A stretch of 63,630 bases of DNA, counting the filler. It is 5 parts of 5 records of this genome, joined end to end, with 100 filler letters (N's around TTAATTAATTAA, not from the genome) between each part and the next. Parts side by side here need not be neighbours in the genome. Positions count along the whole stretch, not along the records: positions 8,510 to 19,547 come from SRR31156797_11423; 4 more parts are not named here. One strand, written 5' to 3'. A program made the translations under genes and the position numbers. Position 1 is the stretch's first letter. Each line of letters begins with the position of its first letter. Positions 10,207 through 17,354 of the stretch are shown here, one piece after another. The notes under the pieces were generated by a model that was not told where the DNA came from, ran no database searches, and saw only the letters and a program-made list of their open reading frames with translations.

Positions 10207-11121
10207 ATGCGCATAGATAAAGTGAAAGGGCATATGGCTATGATAGTAGCCAATATATCATGGGGGTTAATGGCTCCTTTTGTGAAAACGGTGGTGCTAG
10301 AAAGTAATATAAACGCTTGGAATATTGTTGCTTTTAGAGTTGCCGGTGCTGCCCTGGCATTTTGGATGACATCTTTTTTTATACCACGCGAAAAGGTAGC
10401 TCCAAAGGACTTACTCAAGCTGATATTTGCGGCGCTGTTTGGTATTATTCTTAATCAGGGAGTATTTGTGTTGGGCGTTTCCTACACATCACCAATAAAT
10501 GCTTCCATTGTAACCACTACTCTGCCTATAATTGCCATGATTATCGCGGCTTTTTATCTGAAAGAACCCATTACCTGGAAAAAGGTGGCGGGGATTATTG
10601 TAGGGGCATGCGGCGCTTTAATTATCATATTAAACAGTGCCAATGGCAATGGCACGGGAGATTTAGGTTTAAAAGGAATTTTATTGTGTTTTATGGCGCA
10701 GTTTAGTTATGCGGTATATTTCGTATTCTTTAAAAAAGTAATCAGCAAGTATTCGCCCATTACTAATATGAAATGGATGTTTTTATTTAGCTCGCTTATT
10801 TACATACCGCTTACCTGGTCGCAAATTACAAATATTGAATACGCTACTTTACCCTCTTCGGTGATAGGTGAACTGGCATTTATTGTTTTAGGCTCAACAT
10901 TTTTATCATATATGATGATTCCGATTGCCCAAAAATATCTGCGCCCTACTGTGGCTACCATGTACAATAATGTGCAACCTATAGTGGCCTCTATTGCCGC
11001 CGTGCTGTTACAGCTCGATTATTTTGGATGGTATAAAACGCTCGCGATTCTTTTGGTGTTCACCGGTGTTTATTTGGTAACTACAAGTAAGGCTGTAGAA
11101 ACAGAAAGTGTGGAGGAGTAA
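10207..11121 (+). CDS. EamA/DMT family transporter
   Basis: About ten TM segments in two EamA-like repeats. Start set at MRIDKV. Confidence 0.85.
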   Translation: MRIDKVKGHMAMIVANISWGLMAPFVKTVVLESNINAWNIVAFRVAGAALAFWMTSFFIPREKVAPKDLLKLIFAALFGIILNQGVFVLGVSYTSPINASIVTTTLPIIAMIIAAFYLKEPITWKKVAGIIVGACGALIIILNSANGNGTGDLGLKGILLCFMAQFSYAVYFVFFKKVISKYSPITNMKWMFLFSSLIYIPLTWSQITNIEYATLPSSVIGELAFIVLGSTFLSYMMIPIAQKYLRPTVATMYNNVQPIVASIAAVLLQLDYFGWYKTLAILLVFTGVYLVTTSKAVETESVEE

Positions 11122-11214
11122 AACTGGAATTAAGAAGGGATTGAAGCTTTGAGCGTATATCCTTAATAATTTCGAAGAGTAAATGGCTTTAGTATAAAAA
11201 GGCGAGAATTGTAT

Positions 11215-11465
11215 TGAGCTAGGGAAGTTTGTCCTATTACTATGGGAGATTATTCCCATTTACTATAGGAGAATCGTCCCCTTACCATCCACCGATCGTT
11301 TCCATTAGTATCCTCCAGTCGCTTCCATTGGTATTCTACAAATGTTTCCATTACTATGTCGAAGACTTTGATATGAGTATGTCACAAATATTGGCATGAG
11401 TATGTCGCACTCTTCGACATTACTATGTAACACTCTTTTATATGAGTATGTCGCAAGGTTCGACA
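11215..11465 (+). repeat. Degenerate tandem array of 11 units of 22-23 bp, many forming 6-bp hairpins
   Basis: Units start at 11215, 11237, 11260, 11282, 11305, 11328, 11351, 11374, 11397, 11420 and 11443, with a T(T/G)A(C/G)TAT-like head. Confidence 0.85.
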
Positions 11466-11635
11466 TGGAGATATCGTGATTTAATCACTGATTAGTGAAG
11501 GAACTTTGTTTGTTGTTTGATTCGGGCTTTGGAGTATTCTGTTGGGATAACAAACTGTAAAAGGTTAGTGGGGGGAGTTCTTTACTTATATCAGGTTATA
11601 GATCGATATGGAAAGCTCAGTTTGTCAGTGTTTAT

Positions 11636-12040
11636 TTAGATCTCTCTATCAACCCAATTTTCAATTTGAATATTCGAAATCCTATCAAACTCTTTTGTAT
11701 TTTCAGTTACCATTACCAAATCTTTTTCAACAGCAGTACAACCGATTAATAGATCAAAATCACTTATAGGAGTTCCATTTTTTCTTAATCGGGCTTTCTC
11801 TTTTCCATATAAGTAAATAGAGTCGTAAATAGGCAGAATTGTTATTTGGTCTACAAATAGGTCAATTAAATGATGATTTTTTTGTGGATTTGCGCTGTTT
11901 TCGGCTCCATAAACAAGTTCTGCAAGTGTTATTTCAGATATGGCACATTGATTTATTCCTGCTTCAACAAGCTTATCAATTAATCCGAATTTACCTTTGA
12001 AAAAATGAATACAAATGTTGGAATCAAGTAGATACTTCAT
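11636..12040 (-). CDS. vapC: VapC PIN-domain toxin
   Basis: YLLDSNICI, ITLAELVYG, DLLIG and VTENTKEF motifs. Confidence 0.92.
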   Translation of the reverse strand: MKYLLDSNICIHFFKGKFGLIDKLVEAGINQCAISEITLAELVYGAENSANPQKNHHLIDLFVDQITILPIYDSIYLYGKEKARLRKNGTPISDFDLLIGCTAVEKDLVMVTENTKEFDRISNIQIENWVDREI

Positions 12041-12279
12041 TAGAATTCAGCTAAGTTATCTTTGTCAGTTCTTGAAGCTCTTAATTCATTGATTATTTCA
12101 TCAGAATCTTTTGAATCATCCCAAGCACCGTATAAACTACTTAAATCGAAATTTTTGTCATCACTAACTTCTATTGATTCGGTTAGTTTTACAATTAACT
12201 TCTTCTTCGATTTGTTATCTAACTTTGTCAAAAAACTAAAATATTTATCTATCGCTCTATTTGATAATGCAAATCCCAT
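12040..12279 (-). CDS. Putative antitoxin of VapC
   Basis: Small protein whose stop overlaps the vapC start; acidic C-terminus LYGAWDDSKDSDEIINELR. Confidence 0.75.
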   Translation of the reverse strand: MGFALSNRAIDKYFSFLTKLDNKSKKKLIVKLTESIEVSDDKNFDLSSLYGAWDDSKDSDEIINELRASRTDKDNLAEF

Positions 12280-12367
12280 AAGCAAAAAATTACTTTATTC
12301 AAATATACAACAATTAAGAAGACTAAGAAGTTTTCTGTTTATGTGAGAACTATTGATAGGAATGTCT

Positions 12368-13552
12368 TTAATATTTATTGAGGATGGGATTTACCATTAA
12401 CTTTTCCTGTAGTTTCTGACGACGTACCAATAAGACGACGAACATAACGGCAATGATTAAATATCCCATACCAATAATGGAAGCATAATTTACACCCATA
12501 TTGTAATCGATAGATAAGCCTCCGCTGTACGATCCTAATGCATTTCCAAAGTTAAAGGCGATTTGAATCATGGCGGCTCCCATCATTTCACCTCCTCTGG
12601 AATTTTGTAAAACCAATAGCTGGTTGGGTGCACCTACCATAAACAAACAACAGGTACAGATACACATCATAAAAATGGATAAGTAGGATACAAAGGGTAG
12701 TAAAAAGATCACCACCATAGCTACGGCTGCAATGGAGTAAGCCATAGCCACTACGGATGCACTACGAAAACGATCGGATAGTTTCCCTCCGAAAACATTA
12801 CCCAGCACCATGCTAATACCACTTAGCATCATAATCCAGGTCATGTCCGAAGCTTTAAAACCCGACATGTCGGTCATGAGTGGCGCTATATAGCAGTAAA
12901 AACAAAATATACCACAATTTCCTAATCCGGTAGCCAATAGTATAAACCAGGGTTCAGGGTTTTTTAGGAATTTAAACTGGCCTTTTAATCCGCTATCAGG
13001 AAGAGGCGCTAAGGATGGCATCCACTTTAATAAGAAAAACAGGTTAAAAGCGCCCCAGGCACCGGTAATGTAAAATATCAATCGCCACGAAAAATGATTA
13101 CAGATATAAGCGCCCAGCGGTACGCCTATTAAATTCGCAATCGTCATTCCCGACACCATAATAGCCATAGCCGTAGAGCTTTTCCCTTCGTCGGCGAGTT
13201 TTTCGGCAGCAATAGAACCTACACCAAAAAAGGCACCATGTGGTAATCCGGAGATAAATCGCATGGCCATCATAAACCAGTAGTTATGTGATAATCCGGC
13301 CATGGTATTGCCCACGGCATACAAAAATATTAATAAGAAGAGCACTTTTTTTAGCGGGAACTTGCGGGCACTCAGTAACACCACCGGAGCACCAACACAT
13401 ACACCTATGGCATAAGCCGAAATCAAGTGACCTGCCGAAGGAATACTTACCGACATATCTTTGGCCACATATGGCAAAATACTCATCATTACAAATTCGG
13501 CAATACCCAAACCAAAGGTTCCTAAAGCTAAAGGGACTAAACTCTTCTTCAT
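12368..13552 (-). CDS. MFS transporter (AraJ-like)
   Basis: LALGTFGLGIAEF and RFISGLPHGAFFG motifs; about 12 TM segments. Confidence 0.85.
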   Translation of the reverse strand: MKKSLVPLALGTFGLGIAEFVMMSILPYVAKDMSVSIPSAGHLISAYAIGVCVGAPVVLLSARKFPLKKVLFLLIFLYAVGNTMAGLSHNYWFMMAMRFISGLPHGAFFGVGSIAAEKLADEGKSSTAMAIMVSGMTIANLIGVPLGAYICNHFSWRLIFYITGAWGAFNLFFLLKWMPSLAPLPDSGLKGQFKFLKNPEPWFILLATGLGNCGIFCFYCYIAPLMTDMSGFKASDMTWIMMLSGISMVLGNVFGGKLSDRFRSASVVAMAYSIAAVAMVVIFLLPFVSYLSIFMMCICTCCLFMVGAPNQLLVLQNSRGGEMMGAAMIQIAFNFGNALGSYSGGLSIDYNMGVNYASIIGMGYLIIAVMFVVLLVRRQKLQEKLMVNPILNKY

Positions 13553-13683
13553 TATTAAGCATCAATTATTTCAAGTGCAAAAATAAATGAGAGAATTGAT
13601 GCGTACAATGTGCAGAGCGTTAATTAAGTATAAATTGTGGGGTATTAGGATAATATGACGAACTAGGTTTTACTTGCTATGCT

Positions 13684-15006
13684 TTATAATGAGTTCTCAA
13701 TGGTTTCTATCACTTTTTCTTTTTTCAGAATATATAGCCCCAATCGATCTGCTGTAATACCTTCTTTTATAAGATAGGTATAGTTTGGTTTATCATTAAG
13801 CATTTTAGCTTCAAAATATTGGAATTTAACCTTTGGGTTATTCTGAAGTCTTTCAGCCGCTTCAACAATATGAGTCGATATAAAATATATTCCTTTATTA
13901 ATTTTAGAAAGCGCTTCAATCACGGAATAAGATGCTTCATAGGCATCTTTAACATTTGTACCTCTAAATAATTCATCGAATACAATAAATAAATTTCCAT
14001 AACTTTTAATTTTTTCTGCTACTTGTTTTACTCTTGATACTTCGCTATAAAAGTGGCTGTAACCTTTATTGATACTGTCGGATAAATTTATGGTGGTTAA
14101 TATTCCGCTAAAAAGAGATAGTTGCAGTCTTTTTGCTGGAATCGGGAAGCCGATATGTGAAAGAAAAATAGAAATACTTAGTGATTTTAGAAATGTTGAT
14201 TTTCCAGCCATATTTGGTCCTGTTAAAATACAAATATGATGGTCTTTCATTTCAAAATCGTTTTTTACAGGATCTTGGATAAAAGGATGAAACAGACCTT
14301 CGGCTTTTAAAAAATTATTATCAGTTGTAAACTCAGGTAGCGTAAAATTGAATTTAATAGCAGCATATGCAATAGATGAATATGCATCTAATTCATAAAA
14401 TAAGTGTAAAATTTCATTGAATCTTATTGATTCCGCTTTTCTAAAAAGGTGATCTAATCTGCCAATTTCGTGCGGATTTAGCTTTTGGGCATCTTTATAG
14501 TTTAAAACTATTTTTAGTTTTGATTTCTCTATCTTGTCTCGAATATTTTGCTTTAACTCTTTAATGTATTGACAACTAAAATCTACCGATTCATCAAGTG
14601 AATATTCGTATAGTTCATTTAATAAATGAATTGAAAACTTAATGCCTTTTTTAATTAAATAGTACTCGTTGTCAGGACTATATAAATATTTTAGTTCCCG
14701 GATATATGATTTTGTAATAGAGAATCTATTAGGCACATTTTGTTGAGATAAATAGTATTCTATAAAATCAATACAGTCTTTCTTTAGAACTATGAAAGGA
14801 CATACTTTCTGAAGATATCTGATTGCCTCAATTCGAATGTTTATTTCGTTAATGTTGGATAGTGGATTAAGGAAATAGCTGAAAAGTATTTTCTTGCCTT
14901 TTTTTGTTTTTGTATGATTAAATATAGAAAAGATTGATTTTTCACCATTTAAATTATCTAATATATCTAAATCATTATACGTCTGGTTATCAATTTCAAA
15001 GTTCAT
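13684..15006 (-). CDS. Short MutS-related ATPase (domain V plus partial core; no mismatch-recognition domain I)
   Basis: TGPNMAGKST, SHFYSEV, FDELFRGTN and STH motifs; only 440 aa. Confidence 0.85.
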   Translation of the reverse strand: MNFEIDNQTYNDLDILDNLNGEKSIFSIFNHTKTKKGKKILFSYFLNPLSNINEINIRIEAIRYLQKVCPFIVLKKDCIDFIEYYLSQQNVPNRFSITKSYIRELKYLYSPDNEYYLIKKGIKFSIHLLNELYEYSLDESVDFSCQYIKELKQNIRDKIEKSKLKIVLNYKDAQKLNPHEIGRLDHLFRKAESIRFNEILHLFYELDAYSSIAYAAIKFNFTLPEFTTDNNFLKAEGLFHPFIQDPVKNDFEMKDHHICILTGPNMAGKSTFLKSLSISIFLSHIGFPIPAKRLQLSLFSGILTTINLSDSINKGYSHFYSEVSRVKQVAEKIKSYGNLFIVFDELFRGTNVKDAYEASYSVIEALSKINKGIYFISTHIVEAAERLQNNPKVKFQYFEAKMLNDKPNYTYLIKEGITADRLGLYILKKEKVIETIENSL

Positions 15007-15286
15007 TGATTTCTTTTATGGTTTCTACACTTTCATCAAAGTTTATACCATGTTTTTATGTCAATGATTAGAATTACTATTTATTATTTCGTTTTCTTGT
15101 GATCTGCTAAAATAAATGCCGTTTTTAATTATAATTGATTCCTTCCATTTTCTTCCTAGTCCAGAAAATATATTTAGAGGTCGGTAGTTAAGCATTTATC
15201 AATTCTGTCTGATAAATTTGATTTGCATCGACCTCTATCATTTTATATTCTACAATTTTGGTTCATTCTTAGCTACCTAAAATGGC

Positions 15287-15417
15287 ATACAACAATACAG
15301 CTATAGCCTGTGCCACATTTTTCAGAATACAACTTAGCTTATTAGCATTACGTGCTTTCAAAATTAAGTTTCAATAAACAAACAAGCTGCGGCATTGGCT
15401 ATTAGCTGATGTTATGC
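15287..15417 (-). mobile_element. attC-like integron cassette recombination site (131 bp)
   Basis: Minus strand reads R'' GCATAAC, 5 nt, L'' CTAATAGC ... L' GCTATAG, 7 nt, R' GTTGTAT. L'' is the reverse complement of L' plus one extra base. It starts about 20 nt after the blaR1-like stop. Confidence 0.75.
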
Positions 15418-15439
15418 ACTTATGGTTTTTAACTATCTA

Positions 15440-16684
15440 TTAATTCCATACAAGAGTAAGACGAGCTCCATAACCTTCAGGTGTCAACTGATATTTAAAT
15501 GATTTAAATGAAGCAGCTGGTTCACTTTTATTAGAATTAAAGTAACATTTTTGTATCGTACCATTGTCGCCACTTAAAATCCCTTTTTGTAAATCATGCG
15601 TTCCCTCATTTACCTGTATTATTTCATAAAAATCATTGTGTCGCACTATAAATAATGCATTATTTAAACTCACAATTTTATTATTAATGGAGTTTGTTTT
15701 ACCCATTTCGAAGATATATTCAAAATTATTGAATGCACTTATTTGGATATTGTGTTTTTCAATAATTGGGAACCACCATTCTTTTTCGTAGTTTTTCAAA
15801 CTATCTTTAGGTATGGTTTTTTGACCATATGTAATGGTAACAGCCAATAAATAAACCAAAGGAAATATTGCAATTTGTCTTACAATAGTTTTTACTAAAG
15901 ATTCTTTTCTTTTCATCATAATTAGTCTTTTTTTAGTAAGTGAGAAATTTAAATCACTGGCCAGATATGTTGAGTTATTTCGAAATACAAGATTTAATAA
16001 TATATTTTGATAATCTTTTAGGTTTTGCGATTGTAAAACTCTCTTATCAGCAAGGTATTCATGGTTTAATTGAAGTTCTTTCTTAATAATCCATATAACA
16101 GGATTGAACCAGAAAATTATTTTAACTATTTCAACTAATAATATATCCAATGAATGATATTGCTTACAATGAGCCTGTTCATGTGAAATTAAACTATTAT
16201 CTATTTTACCATTTTCGAACTCAGTTATATTTACAATAATGTAATTCAGAAAAGAGTATGGCAATGTTTTATCTGTCGATAGTATGATATGGGGTAAAGT
16301 ATTAACAACTATTTTAGAATTCTTTATTGTGTTGGTAATTTTATACAAATTGAAAACAAATCGAAACGATAAGATACAGGAAATCAAAATATAAACTACA
16401 TATAAGATATGATGTAAATTTAATGTATTATTTATTTGTTCTTTTTCAATTGTCCCTTGTACACTAATGTTATTAATTGAAGAGGAATAATCCTCAATGC
16501 TTTGGCTAATTGCTAAATTGAAATCTGTTGTGATTTGAATAAAAGGAATTATAAATGAAAAGAGTATCGCAAATAGTAAATAAAAACGATTGAATTTAAA
16601 TGTCTTTATATTTTTGAGAAATAATAAGTACAATAAATATAATATCGTAATACTTACTGTCGATTTGATAACATACTCAATCAT
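15440..16684 (-). CDS. BlaR1-like M56 metallopeptidase sensor
   Basis: FNRFYLL, HEQAH (HExxH), FWFNP, HEYLAD and KKRLIMM motifs. Confidence 0.9.
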   Translation of the reverse strand: MIEYVIKSTVSITILYLLYLLFLKNIKTFKFNRFYLLFAILFSFIIPFIQITTDFNLAISQSIEDYSSSINNISVQGTIEKEQINNTLNLHHILYVVYILISCILSFRFVFNLYKITNTIKNSKIVVNTLPHIILSTDKTLPYSFLNYIIVNITEFENGKIDNSLISHEQAHCKQYHSLDILLVEIVKIIFWFNPVIWIIKKELQLNHEYLADKRVLQSQNLKDYQNILLNLVFRNNSTYLASDLNFSLTKKRLIMMKRKESLVKTIVRQIAIFPLVYLLAVTITYGQKTIPKDSLKNYEKEWWFPIIEKHNIQISAFNNFEYIFEMGKTNSINNKIVSLNNALFIVRHNDFYEIIQVNEGTHDLQKGILSGDNGTIQKCYFNSNKSEPAASFKSFKYQLTPEGYGARLTLVWN

Positions 16685-16685
16685 A

Positions 16686-17063
16686 TCATTTTTGTTTTTT
16701 GTTGGTTTCTAGTTTGTTATCAACAATCTGTTTTAATTCCTCTAAGTCCTTTGTACTTAAATTTGTCTCGTTAGTGAAAAATGAAGCAAATTGAGAGGCA
16801 GAATTATTAAAGAAATCTTTAACCAAAGAATTAATTTGTTTTGAAAAATATTGATTCTTTTTAATCAATGGATAATACTCTCTGTTACTGCCATGTTGGT
16901 TAAATCCAACAAATCCTTTGTCAATCATCCTTTTTAATAAGGTTGCAAGAGTAGTTGAGGCAGGCTTTGGTTCTGGAAATTCTTCTCGAAGATTTTTCAT
17001 ATATGCTTTCTCCAATTTCCAGAGGTGTCTCATTACTTGTTCTTCTGCATTTGTCAATTGCAT
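16686..17063 (-). CDS. BlaI/MecI/CopY family repressor
   Basis: LTNAEEQVMRHLW, TTLATLLKRMIDKGFV and YYPLI motifs; directly upstream of the M56 gene. Confidence 0.93.
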   Translation of the reverse strand: MQLTNAEEQVMRHLWKLEKAYMKNLREEFPEPKPASTTLATLLKRMIDKGFVGFNQHGSNREYYPLIKKNQYFSKQINSLVKDFFNNSASQFASFFTNETNLSTKDLEELKQIVDNKLETNKKQK

Positions 17064-17080
17064 GATTCTAAATTTTGAAA

Positions 17081-17121
17081 TTATACTCTACAAATGTAGA
17101 ATATAATTTCAGATTGTCAAA
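17081..17121 (-). promoter_or_regulatory. BlaI-type operator overlapping a Bacteroidota sigma70 promoter
   Basis: Palindrome TTATAcTCTACA-AA-TGTAGAaTATAA (17081-17106) with a TACAnnTGTA core; minus strand has TTTG, 19 nt, TACATTTG (-33/-7). Confidence 0.8.
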
Positions 17122-17162
17122 TATATATTGCTTTTATTTTATGCAGTATATTTCTTCCACTT

Positions 17163-17171
17163 GTGCCTAAC
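17163..17171 (-). mobile_element. Cassette 5' boundary core site GTTAGGCAC
   Basis: Matches GTTRRRY and is complementary at 8 of 9 positions to GTGCATAAC at the cassette's 3' end. Confidence 0.6.
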
Positions 17172-17298
17172 AGAACAATAATCGTAATTGCGTGTATCGT
17201 TTTTAACTATGCGAACGCATATACATAATAAATATAGGGTAGCTGAATTATTTAACTTAAAACTCTGGTTTCTATATTGGATTAATTATTTCTAGAGC

Positions 17299-17332
17299 AA
17301 AAAAAGCCCGTTCTGATGAATCAAAACGGGCT
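17299..17332 (-). terminator. Intrinsic terminator
   Basis: AGCCCGTT/AACGGGCT stem with a minus-strand T run downstream of the reductase gene. Confidence 0.75.
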
Positions 17333-17354
17333 GATAATATTATATGGAAAGGAA

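Noticed and set aside
11335-11345. 11-nt match (TCTACAAATGT) between one array unit and the BlaI operator
   Set aside because: A single short AT-rich match that lacks the final A of TGTA; consistent with chance.
11215-11465. The array as a CRISPR or a type III toxin-antitoxin RNA
   Set aside because: The period of 23 bp is too short, there is no invariant repeat with unique spacers, no cas gene, and no downstream ToxN-like gene.
17172-17300. A second full attC upstream of the blaI cassette
   Set aside because: No complementary L''/R'' arm was found; only the GTTAGGC core is present.
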